DNA from: a virus
DNA: 64,000 nucleotides
Strand: one strand, 5' to 3'
IMG/VR virus record: IMGVR_UViG_2788500025_000001
Coordinates: 36,163 to 100,162 of that record
This document shows positions 54,452-63,041 of the stretch, in pieces. The notes beneath the pieces are model-generated. The model was given only the letters and a program-made list of their open reading frames with translations, searched no databases and was not told where the DNA came from. The first letter of the stretch is position 1; every line of letters begins with the position of its first letter. The position numbers were made by a program, and so were the translations under genes.

Positions 54452-55890
54452 TGGCTTTCCTCAAACGTGCCAATGCTATGGTCGTCCATCCCCGCATCTC
54501 TGGACGCGGTTGGGGTGGGATCCGCAAAACGGCTTCGGCAGGGTCCTCCCGGAACCTGACTGACCAGGCGCGGGAAATCCTCGGAGGATCGCTGTCGTCC
54601 GACGACTACCTGGTCACGCACTGCACCATCGTGGCGTCTGTAGACACCGACAAGGCCCCCAACGTGAAGTTGGGCAACGTCAAGGTCGGCACCCAGACGG
54701 TCAACAGACAGTGGGACGACTACCTGATCAAGCCCTCGTCCTCCCAGTTTGTGAACAACAACGGCGACTCGTGGAGCCGCCCGGTGCTGAGGATGGCGTA
54801 CCCGACCTTTATTGGGGCGCACAACTTCCGTGAGCACGTCCAGATCGAGGACCAGTCGAAGGGCCGGATCATCGACGCCTGTGCTCGTGACATTGGTGAC
54901 TCCCTCTATGTGGACATCCTGGTTGCCACGAACAAGAAGCACGCGGCGCTCGTCCAGGACATCCAGTCAGGCAAGATGGCGACCCTCTCCATGGGTTGCA
55001 CAACTGACTTCACGACTTGCTCTAAGTGCGGTCACTTCGCTGTGGACGAGACCCAGTTGTGTGATCACATCAAGTACGCGAAACTCAACACCTTCATGGA
55101 CGATTCCGGCCAGAAGCGTGTGATCGCAGAACTCTGTGGACACCAGTCCTACGACGAGAACCCGGACGCCCCTGGTGGGGTCAGGTTCATCGAGGCTTCC
55201 TGGGTCGCGGTTCCTGCGTTCCCCGGTGCCGTGATGCGGAACATCCTTGATCCCAGCGCGGCGTCCGACGACCAGGTTCGCAAAGTGCTCGCCTCCCCTC
55301 CCCCTCAGTGGTCAGACCACGCGGTCGCAAAGGCCGCGTCCATGTCGGCCCTTGCCTTCGACTTCGGTGGTGGCGGGGATGATGAGGACGACGCCCCTGC
55401 AAAGGACGAGAAGCCATCGCCCCCGTTTCAGGGGATCGAAGATGCGGTGTACGAAGCCCTCAAGGTCCGAGTCAGGGAGCGCCTGGAGCGCGATCTCGCC
55501 CAGAAGGCTGTTGAGGATTCTGAGCCGGAACCTGATGGCACAATGGAGCCGAACGACTCCATCATCAAGGAAGGTCGAGCACACTCGACTTCAGTCAAAG
55601 CACTTGTTCGTGTAGCCTCCTCCGAGGTCGCTCTTGTAGACGGTATTGCTTCCGTTGACGCCGCGCATGGTGTCAAGGTTGCACGCCACCTCTACAGAGT
55701 CGCCCTGGCGGCGGGGGTTCCCACCGAACACCCTTCTCTTGACCGTTACCTGTTTGCCTGTAAGAAGGCGGCGGGACGGGATCTGAGTACTGCCGAAATC
55801 CGGGTTGTTGTCCGGGTCGGCACCCTGTTGGCCCAATGGGCTGACAATAACAACCCCAAACCCCACTATCCTATGAGGAGACTGCCATGA
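54451..55890 (+). CDS. Prohead (capsid maturation) protease, putative
   Basis: Lies before scaffold and MCP; HNFREH, LSMGC..CSKCG, FIEASWVAVPA. Confidence 0.7.
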   Translation: MAFLKRANAMVVHPRISGRGWGGIRKTASAGSSRNLTDQAREILGGSLSSDDYLVTHCTIVASVDTDKAPNVKLGNVKVGTQTVNRQWDDYLIKPSSSQFVNNNGDSWSRPVLRMAYPTFIGAHNFREHVQIEDQSKGRIIDACARDIGDSLYVDILVATNKKHAALVQDIQSGKMATLSMGCTTDFTTCSKCGHFAVDETQLCDHIKYAKLNTFMDDSGQKRVIAELCGHQSYDENPDAPGGVRFIEASWVAVPAFPGAVMRNILDPSAASDDQVRKVLASPPPQWSDHAVAKAASMSALAFDFGGGGDDEDDAPAKDEKPSPPFQGIEDAVYEALKVRVRERLERDLAQKAVEDSEPEPDGTMEPNDSIIKEGRAHSTSVKALVRVASSEVALVDGIASVDAAHGVKVARHLYRVALAAGVPTEHPSLDRYLFACKKAAGRDLSTAEIRVVVRVGTLLAQWADNNNPKPHYPMRRLP

Positions 55891-57407
55891 GCCGTCAACG
55901 AATGACTTGGACAGACGCTGGGGTGTCTCGGCACGCCTCCGAGCACCCTGCAACCCCCGACGAGGGACCCGCTTCCCCCGCCCACAAGGCCCAGCCCGGC
56001 CCCGACGCCTACAAGAGTGGAGACACTTCTTCCTGGGCTGAGGACGTGCATCCTGGCCCCTACGCGAACGGTGAGCATCCTGCCACCCCCGACGAGGGAC
56101 CTGCCAGCCCTGCCTACAAGGCTGCCGCCCTGGAACGCAAGGCTGCAAAGTGCATCCGTCTCGCTACCGCCATGCTCGGTGAGGGTGCTACCGTCGCCGC
56201 CATCGAGAACCAGGCCCTGGAACTGATGGACCTTCCTGACCGTTCGATCAAGGCCAGCCTCTCCCGGCTCGCTGAGGACGCCGACGAAGCCATCGACGAT
56301 GACGACGCCGCCGAAGCCGAGGCCGATCTCGCTGAGGAAGGCAAGAAGAAGGCTTCTGTCTCCGACCGCATCGCTCGTCTGGAGCGCGTGCTCATCAAGT
56401 TGGCTGAATCCGAAGACCCTGAAGGTGACGGCGACGACTCCGAGTCCGAAGACCCCGAGGGTGACGACGACGACGACGGCAGCGAAGACCCCGGCGAAGA
56501 CGAGGACATGAAGAAGTCCGCGTCCGACGACGAGGACGACGAGGACGACGACGAGTCCATGCAGAAGAAGTCGGCCCTTGAGCGCCGCATGGACCGCATC
56601 GAGCGCGTCCTGCATCGCCTGGCTGCTGGCAAGAAGGACGACGGTGAGTCGAAGGGCGACCAGTCCAAGACCCACATCGACTATGCCGACGCGAAGGACG
56701 GCGACAAGGAGACTGGCCACGGCGAGTCTGCTGGCGATCAGTCCAAGTCCCACGAGGACTACGAAGGCAAGAAGGCTTCCGACCACGACGACGACGAGTC
56801 CATGGATGACGAAGAGTCGAAGAAGAAGGCTGGCTGGGAGCCGGGTCACCGTGCTGAAGGTGGCTGGGACCCCGGTCACATGGAGTCCATGAGCGACGAG
56901 GAGTCCATGCTGGAAGAGATGATGCTGGAAGAGATGCTTGCCGAGGAGAGCATGGATCAGAATGATCCCGAGGCTTTCTACGGTGATGATCCTTCCGGTG
57001 ATGGTGTTCCTGAGGTCATCGAGGCCGAAGGCGTCGTTGAGTCCATGATGGACCCCATGGGTCTGGACGACGAGATCGTGGAGGAGGATGACATGATGAT
57101 CCTCGCTTCCCTTTTCGGCAAGGAAGCCGACCTCAAGGATGAGGACAAGAAGGAGAAGGAAGACCACGACAAGGGTGCCATCGCCGACGACAAGGACCAC
57201 ATCGAGAAGTTGGAGAAGGACGAAGACGAGGACGCTGAGGATCTGGAGAAGGAGGAGTCGAAGAAGAAGGCTTCCCTCCGTCCCCAGCCGAAGCGTGCCA
57301 GCAAGGGTGCAAAGACCCTCGGTGGTGTGTCGAAGGAAGCGGCTTCTGAGGTCGGTGATCTCAGCAAGTTGTGGGACTCGGCTCCTGACGTGTCTCGCTT
57401 CTTCTAA
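55887..57407 (+). CDS. Capsid scaffold/core protein
   Basis: Extremely acidic, low complexity; many KKA/KSA/KEA sites; EHPATPDEGPASPA x2, EDP(E/G) x3. Confidence 0.75.
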   Translation: MSRQRMTWTDAGVSRHASEHPATPDEGPASPAHKAQPGPDAYKSGDTSSWAEDVHPGPYANGEHPATPDEGPASPAYKAAALERKAAKCIRLATAMLGEGATVAAIENQALELMDLPDRSIKASLSRLAEDADEAIDDDDAAEAEADLAEEGKKKASVSDRIARLERVLIKLAESEDPEGDGDDSESEDPEGDDDDDGSEDPGEDEDMKKSASDDEDDEDDDESMQKKSALERRMDRIERVLHRLAAGKKDDGESKGDQSKTHIDYADAKDGDKETGHGESAGDQSKSHEDYEGKKASDHDDDESMDDEESKKKAGWEPGHRAEGGWDPGHMESMSDEESMLEEMMLEEMLAEESMDQNDPEAFYGDDPSGDGVPEVIEAEGVVESMMDPMGLDDEIVEEDDMMILASLFGKEADLKDEDKKEKEDHDKGAIADDKDHIEKLEKDEDEDAEDLEKEESKKKASLRPQPKRASKGAKTLGGVSKEAASEVGDLSKLWDSAPDVSRFF

Positions 57408-57427
57408 GAAGTACGGCCAACAGGCCA

Positions 57428-57463
57428 AAACGCCCTGCCGGGATCCCTCCCGGCAGGGCGTTT
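57428..57463. terminator. Bidirectional intrinsic terminator
   Basis: AAACGCCCTGCCGGGA / TCCCGGCAGGGCGTTT perfect 16-bp stem. Confidence 0.85.
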
Positions 57464-57519
57464 GCTCGTTCCGGTCCTGACTTTGCATCACAGGGGGTCA
57501 GACTTTTCGCCCTGGGTTT

Positions 57520-57534
57520 CAATAGCCCTCCTAT
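57520..57534 (+). promoter_or_regulatory. Late motif variant CAATAG-N5-CTAT
   Basis: Follows the terminator, upstream of the decoration/MCP operon. Confidence 0.55.
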
Positions 57535-57647
57535 ATCAACCCGTAAGGGTAGGACGTTCGCGTTCTACTGCTTCGGAAGCACCCTGCTCTCGGAGCGTTG
57601 AAACAACCCCGCCCCTGTAAACAGGGAGCATAGGCCCGGAGATAATC

Positions 57648-58259
57648 ATGGCTTTGCTTGGACAGGCGAGTGGTGGATGGACTGAAAGTTCCTCGGCCCT
57701 GCGTCTTTTGCACGTTGGGATTCGGAACACGGTCGGAATCCTCACCACCGATGCTTTCACCCAGACCAACCCCCCCGACGCGGCGACGTTCACGACCAGC
57801 ACCAGTGCTGGCATGGACACCGCAACCCTCGGAGTCCTCAGCGGCTCTGTGGCGTTCACCCGTGGCGATGCCGCTGGTGGTTCCAACGAGATTGGCGGCC
57901 CCGGTGCTGTTGCTCCCGGAACCGCTGGAGTCGTCGAACTGGGCGTCTTCATCAACACCGCAGTCGGAAACGCCTACGAGAACACCCCCGGCCCCGCAAG
58001 TGGCAAGGGTCCGTACATGTCCGGCCAGGGCACCTACGCGAACAGCCTCTATGAGACCAGCAACACTGCTGGAGCCGTCACCTACACGACTGGTGATTCT
58101 CTGGCTGCCTCGATCAACGGCTACCTGATCTCGTCCAGCGCGACCTCCGGGTCGGCTGTTGGTGACTACTTCTGTGGTGCGACCGCAGTGCTCATGGGCA
58201 TTCTCAAGATGCCTGCTGACGCTGTGCAGCCCGAAATCGTCTACGACCAGCGCATCTGA
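57648..58259 (+). CDS. Capsid decoration/cement protein
   Basis: Gly/Ala/Thr-rich, immediately before the MCP. Confidence 0.7.
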   Translation: MALLGQASGGWTESSSALRLLHVGIRNTVGILTTDAFTQTNPPDAATFTTSTSAGMDTATLGVLSGSVAFTRGDAAGGSNEIGGPGAVAPGTAGVVELGVFINTAVGNAYENTPGPASGKGPYMSGQGTYANSLYETSNTAGAVTYTTGDSLAASINGYLISSSATSGSAVGDYFCGATAVLMGILKMPADAVQPEIVYDQRI

Positions 58260-58299
58260 CGCTGATTCAACAACCCCTTCAACTCTTAGGAGACATCCC

Positions 58300-59172
58300 A
58301 TGTCTGTGAACAACAGCGTAAAGGCGAAGTTGATCAGCGAGTACATCGGCACTGCTGCCGGTCGTGCGAAGTTGGCTGCTTCAATGACTCAACCCCTGCG
58401 ACTCCGTCGCGATTACATGGCCGTAGGCCGAAAGACATTTCTCGTCGAACAGTTGCCTGATGGGGCACTTCCGATTTACGACAAGGATGCGGACGTCACC
58501 GCTTACGTCGTTGGTGAAGAAGGTGAGAACATCATCGCCGTCACCAAGCCTCGTCGTGTGATCTTCCCGCTCTTTGAGATCGCGTCGAACCCCGAGATCC
58601 CGCTCACGCAGATCAAGGAACGTCGTTTCGACCTCATCGAGCGTGCCCAGGACCTGGCTCGTGCCCAGATCCAGGCTGCGGAAGACGAGCGTGTCTTCGC
58701 CGTCCTCGATGCCATCGCCACCAACGGCTTCGACAGCGTGGGAGCCGTCAACGCGGACATCCCCGTCGTCGCTCCCCTCAGTGGTGATGTCCTGGCCGAC
58801 GCATTCAGCCTGATCGAACGTCATGACCTGCGAGTTGCTCGCGTGTTCATGAACGCTCGTGACTACGCTGACCTGCGTAAGTTCGGACGCGACATCCTGG
58901 ACATCGAGACCCAGCGTGACCTGCTCAAGACTGGTCTGATGGCTACCCTTTGGGGCGCTCAGATCATCGTCAGCCGCCTGGTCCCTGTCGGAACCGTCTA
59001 CGTCTGCTGCGAGCCCGAGATGTTTGGCCGGATGCCTGTCCGCACCGAACTGACCGTCCTCAGCGCCGACGATCCGAAGGCCCGCACCATCGGCTTCTCG
59101 TGCTTTGAGAACCTGGGTATCGGCGCGTTCAACCCTCGCGGTCTGGCCCGTCTGACCATCACTCGTCCGTAG
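58300..59172 (+). CDS. Major capsid protein (HK97-fold, inferred)
   Basis: LAASMTQPLRLRRDYMAVGRKTFLVEQLPDGALPIYDKD; follows scaffold; strong RBS; followed by a terminator. Confidence 0.85.
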   Translation: MSVNNSVKAKLISEYIGTAAGRAKLAASMTQPLRLRRDYMAVGRKTFLVEQLPDGALPIYDKDADVTAYVVGEEGENIIAVTKPRRVIFPLFEIASNPEIPLTQIKERRFDLIERAQDLARAQIQAAEDERVFAVLDAIATNGFDSVGAVNADIPVVAPLSGDVLADAFSLIERHDLRVARVFMNARDYADLRKFGRDILDIETQRDLLKTGLMATLWGAQIIVSRLVPVGTVYVCCEPEMFGRMPVRTELTVLSADDPKARTIGFSCFENLGIGAFNPRGLARLTITRP

Positions 59173-59205
59173 TCTCTGACTCCTGACGGGGGTCGATGAT
59201 CCCTT

Positions 59206-59245
59206 GAAGCCCTCCGATCTTCGGATCGGGGGGCTTCTTCGTTTT
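59206..59245 (+). terminator. Intrinsic terminator
   Basis: GAAGCCCTCCGATC-TTCG-GATCGGGGGGCTTC plus TTCGTTTT. Confidence 0.9.
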
Positions 59246-59249
59246 GGGA

Positions 59250-59278
59250 TTGACGGGTCTCCGTCATCCTCGTAGCCT
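59250..59278 (+). promoter_or_regulatory. Sigma70-like promoter TTGACG-N17-TAGCCT
   Basis: Direct count of the 17-bp spacer. Confidence 0.6.
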
Positions 59279-59283
59279 GCATG

Positions 59284-59470
59284 GGCCGCTGCCCCTTCCC
59301 CCCACTCCGCAGCGGCACCCCGAGACCCTTCGACCCGCGAGCAGTCTGCCGTAGTAGCGCCGTGAGACGAAGGGGGGACCGCTGGGCCGATCCCCCGGCG
59401 GTCCCTCTCTCGTGGGCACCGCCCGCTATGACAGTGAACAACCATGAGAGGGGGGTGCCGCTTCTTCTTC
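59284..59470 (+). ncRNA. Candidate structured RNA, four-way junction, unknown class
   Basis: Nested stems 59311-21/59452-62, 59326-32/59368-74, 59375-86/59394-405, 59407-15/59442-50; G-U pairs valid on the + strand. Confidence 0.55.
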
Positions 59471-59608
59471 TGAAATGGTCCATAGTGACCTCCTTCAGTA
59501 AGCAAGACGGCGTGATCCTTCGTCGGCGGACAGATCCGGCGCAAAAAAACTTCAAGCCCACCTGACAGCACCCCTTCGATGGGTACTGTCACGGGTGTAG
59601 GAGTTGCC

Positions 59609-60208
59609 GTGCGAATCGCTGTCTCAGGAACCATTGGAGCAGGGAAGTCCACCCTGTGTGCCCATCTCTCAACTGCCCTCAAGTACGAGGTCTTTGAGGA
59701 ACCTGTGGCGGACAATCCGTACCTGGAGGACTTCTACGCCGACCCTCACCGCTGGGCCTTCGACGCCCAGGTGTTCATGATCTCGCATCGGTTCCGGCGG
59801 CAGATGGAGGCTGTTCATGCAGCCGAGAACAAGGGCTTCCTGCTGGATCGCTGCTTCCACGAGGACCGGGTGTTCGCAGAGGTCAACCACGAGATCGGTC
59901 ACATCAGCGACCGTGATTGGAACACCTACCTGCACTTGTACGAGTCCTTCTGCCGGATCGTCCCACCCCCGGAGGTCATCGTCTACCTCCAGACTGACCC
60001 CACGGTCGCCATGGGGCGCATCCAAAGCCGGGGTCGGGGATCAGAGCAGGAGATCCCCATGGACTACATGGCTCGGCTTCACGCGGCCTACGAACGCTGG
60101 GCTGAGGATATGGACAGCAAGACGAAGGTGATCTCGGTCCCTTGGAACGACTACAGCACACCAGGGTGGCAAGGCGTCTACGACCGGCTGGTCACTCCAG
60201 CGTCTTGA
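59609..60208 (+). CDS. Deoxynucleoside kinase (dNK family)
   Basis: IAVSGTIGAGKST P-loop, FEEPV, LLDRC, RIQSRGRGSE lid. Confidence 0.9.
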   Translation: MRIAVSGTIGAGKSTLCAHLSTALKYEVFEEPVADNPYLEDFYADPHRWAFDAQVFMISHRFRRQMEAVHAAENKGFLLDRCFHEDRVFAEVNHEIGHISDRDWNTYLHLYESFCRIVPPPEVIVYLQTDPTVAMGRIQSRGRGSEQEIPMDYMARLHAAYERWAEDMDSKTKVISVPWNDYSTPGWQGVYDRLVTPAS

Positions 60209-60566
60209 GGCGTTCGTAGACCTGGTAGAAGTCCATGTAGTGCTCTGGGGTCGCCTCCCCGCAGAAGGGGCAGTGGATGGACGCAGGGATGTCGTCCTCG
60301 CCCAGGTACGCCGCCCATATCGCATCGCAGTTGGGGCATTGGGGCGCGAGCCAGGGCTGGACCAAACCCTCCTGGACCAAAACCTCTACTATAGCCTCGG
60401 CTTGGACAACCTCGATACCGACCTCTTTGGCCAGGCTGGCGGTCGTGAAGAAGTACTCCCCTGACATGCGCTTCAACGCCTGAGGCCAGATCGGCTCCCC
60501 GACTGTGTCGTCTGGCGTTGGCATTTCATCCTCATCCTCGACTCCCATGAAGGATAGGAAAGCCAC
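60192..60566 (-). CDS. Hypothetical Zn-ribbon protein
   Basis: CPNC..CPFC; GGAGG RBS. Confidence 0.7.
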   Translation of the reverse strand: MAFLSFMGVEDEDEMPTPDDTVGEPIWPQALKRMSGEYFFTTASLAKEVGIEVVQAEAIVEVLVQEGLVQPWLAPQCPNCDAIWAAYLGEDDIPASIHCPFCGEATPEHYMDFYQVYERLKTLE

Positions 60567-60569
60567 CGC

Positions 60570-61250
60570 CTATCCTCCAGTAGCGCGGGTGCGTGCGAGC
60601 ATCGCTGTTGCGCGTTGGAGGTCCTCCGGGGTGGCCGTACCCTCTTCGATGCGAGACTCAATCTCGGCCAACTCGATGTCGTCCAGATCACTGTCTTCTG
60701 GACCGGGCTCGTCCAGATCATCATCCACCGAAAGAAGGTCTCCCTCGTCGGCTTCGGTGAGGGAGGCAAACCAATGCCCCTTTTCTACTGGGAGGGGTTC
60801 CTTGTCGTCTACCACAGCATCGACGGCTTCGGTGGTCCAGTTGTCGCCCCAGTCGGGATCACCCCCGAGAGCAGTGATCATCTCTTTCCAGTCGTCGGCC
60901 TCTTGCCCGTGCATGACCTTGAGGCGGGTCTCGGGGTCGATGGAGGCCAACTCGATCCCGTACTGGTGGGTCACACCTTCGGGGATGGGGGCCAGGTGGA
61001 ACTGCTTGTGGATCTCTTCCAGCATGTTGATCCGGCCTGACAGTAGATCGGCCTGCTGCTGGATCTGCTTCTGGATCACAATCAAGGCGTCCCGCTCTCC
61101 CTGGACCGCACCCATGATCCCAGCCTGCTCGCACAACGCATCGATCTTTCGGTCACTTGCCCGCTGGGCTGCCGCAAACTGGTCCGGGAGCGTGTTCAGG
61201 GATTCGCGGTACTGCTTCAAAGCAGCCGTGATGAAATCGGCTTCGGTCAT
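60570..61250 (-). CDS. Hypothetical coiled-coil, acidic protein
   Basis: AAGGAG RBS before MTEADF. Confidence 0.7.
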   Translation of the reverse strand: MTEADFITAALKQYRESLNTLPDQFAAAQRASDRKIDALCEQAGIMGAVQGERDALIVIQKQIQQQADLLSGRINMLEEIHKQFHLAPIPEGVTHQYGIELASIDPETRLKVMHGQEADDWKEMITALGGDPDWGDNWTTEAVDAVVDDKEPLPVEKGHWFASLTEADEGDLLSVDDDLDEPGPEDSDLDDIELAEIESRIEEGTATPEDLQRATAMLARTRATGG

Positions 61251-61364
61251 GGGAAGTCTCCTTTCGGGGACTGTACCCACAAAAACGAAAAAACTTCGCC
61301 TGATGCTGTCCGCCAACCGGGGTGGGGTGCGTCTGTACTGGTGTGACCACAAGGAGAGTCCCCC

Positions 61365-61835
61365 ATGCACGTTTCCATCCGCCCCCTCACCCGCCAGGAC
61401 GTAGAGTCCGTCCTCTCTGCTCGCCGCGCTGACCGCGTCCGCACGCTCGCATTCGCTCGACGGGTGGGGATTACGCAAGTGATCAGGTGGCACGACTCTG
61501 GCCGCGCAGCAAAGGTCCACGCCCGCAAGGACAACATCTTGGTGGACCTGCTCTCATCGCCTCCTGAGGGCCGCCTTCGGGATGCTCTCGCCTTCTACAT
61601 CCCCATCGAGAAGGCCGAAAAGCAGGCGGGAGGCCCCGACTACTCCTCCGAGTACAGCCTGTTGCCCTGGCTGCTGCGTGTCGAGGCTCACCTGGAAGAG
61701 GGCCGCCTGGACCTTGCTTTCCTGGAACTGCACACCATGACCACGACGTTGGGTGATGCGGTCGTTCCAGACGGCTTGAACCCGGCCAGTGACGAGTACA
61801 TCGACGTGGAGGTCACGGCCAGCCCTTCGGCTTGA
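61365..61835 (+). CDS. Hypothetical protein
   Basis: AAGGAG RBS; divergent from ORF 61250. Confidence 0.6.
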   Translation: MHVSIRPLTRQDVESVLSARRADRVRTLAFARRVGITQVIRWHDSGRAAKVHARKDNILVDLLSSPPEGRLRDALAFYIPIEKAEKQAGGPDYSSEYSLLPWLLRVEAHLEEGRLDLAFLELHTMTTTLGDAVVPDGLNPASDEYIDVEVTASPSA

Positions 61836-62712
61836 TGAACGTGGCCCGGAGCCGGGCGGTGCCACTTGATCCCGACTCGGCCTCGATGATGCGTCCTTGC
61901 TCGTCCACAGTGATGGTGGCGTTGGTGTATGTCGCCGCTGTGACCCCGGTGTCCGTGAGTTTGACCTCCACCGTTGCGCCTGCACCACCGTCGTCGATCT
62001 CAATGCCCGTGCCTGCCTCCAGCGTCCGGGCATTGGGGAGGCTCGCGTCCGCCGACAAGGTGACGTACTCGGCGGTGTCTGGCGCACCCGCCCCATCCCC
62101 AGCCGTCTTGCCGATGTACCGGAAGCCGACGATCCAGGGATCAAAGGCCGCCGCGACGAGGCCCGTCACGGTGTAGAAGTCCGACGAGATCAGCAGCAGT
62201 CCGTTGGCGTAGTTGAACGTCCACCCCACCGTCTTGTTCGCCCCTGTGCCAGTCTGGCCTTCGGTCGTCGTGACCAGGATGCCTCCTGCATTGGGGTCAC
62301 CGTTGTACAACTGGACGGCGTATCCGTTGCTCGGAGCGCCCGACGCCTGAGGGATCAACTGCGGCAGGAGCCAGTTTTTCATCTGGTCCGAGGAGGTGTC
62401 CCCTGGGGTCTCGTAGGTGGCATAGGTCGAGAAGTTCGTGCCGGGCACCAGGGTCATCTGGGTCGCCGCCGCTGTGTCGGAGAGGTCCTGGATCAGCGTC
62501 GGGTTCGCAGCGGCGTTGCTCCGGGCGGTGGCCAGGTTGGAGGCAGGTAGCCCACGGAGGGTCGCCATCTCCGTCCATACCTGCTCGGAAGACAAGATGA
62601 AGGTGAACGGGAAGAAGACCTCGTACCAGACGCTGTTCGGGTTGGCGTCAACGACACCTGCCTGGAGGGCCTTCGCCGCGATGTTGATCCGTTCCAGTTG
62701 CGAGAAACCCAT
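61813..62712 (-). CDS. Fiber-like structural protein
   Basis: LPNARTLEAGTGIEI..TYTNATITVDEQGRI fiber-type motifs. Confidence 0.7.
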   Translation of the reverse strand: MGFSQLERINIAAKALQAGVVDANPNSVWYEVFFPFTFILSSEQVWTEMATLRGLPASNLATARSNAAANPTLIQDLSDTAAATQMTLVPGTNFSTYATYETPGDTSSDQMKNWLLPQLIPQASGAPSNGYAVQLYNGDPNAGGILVTTTEGQTGTGANKTVGWTFNYANGLLLISSDFYTVTGLVAAAFDPWIVGFRYIGKTAGDGAGAPDTAEYVTLSADASLPNARTLEAGTGIEIDDGGAGATVEVKLTDTGVTAATYTNATITVDEQGRIIEAESGSSGTARLRATFIKPKGWP

Positions 62713-63032
62713 CACTCACCCCCTGTTTCGGCCATGTACTGCCCGAGGACAGGCATGACCTCATGCTCCGCGAGCCGGTAGACGCTGCGGGTGTGCATCC
62801 CGGTCTGGACGGAAAGGGAGAAGAACCCTCCCGATGCCTTGAACCTGGCTCGCATGGTCATGCACCCGGCGTACTCAGGCACCTTCTCCCACATGGCTTC
62901 AGCGACGTACCTGAAGTCGTGATCCGACAGGGTGATCTCGTCCACCCGCCCCTCGGAGGTGGCAATCGAGAGCCGGACGGTCTGGACTTCTGTGTCTCTG
63001 GAAATGTGAAGGGTCTGGGTGAAGCGGGACAT
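62712..63032 (-). CDS. Hypothetical protein
   Basis: GAGG RBS; coupled to the next gene. Confidence 0.6.
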   Translation of the reverse strand: MSRFTQTLHISRDTEVQTVRLSIATSEGRVDEITLSDHDFRYVAEAMWEKVPEYAGCMTMRARFKASGGFFSLSVQTGMHTRSVYRLAEHEVMPVLGQYMAETGGE

Positions 63033-63041
63033 GGGGACCTC

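Noticed and set aside
59284-59470. Assignment to 6S, tmRNA, RNase P or SRP RNA
   Set aside because: Lacks 5'/3' rod pairing, tRNA-like ends, GAGGAAAGUCC or SRP loop signatures
58998-59561. Minus-strand ORF with AAGGAGG plus ATG at 59483
   Set aside because: Product is Arg/Gly low-complexity and runs through the terminator into the MCP gene; the region is better explained by RNA structure, though this is not excluded
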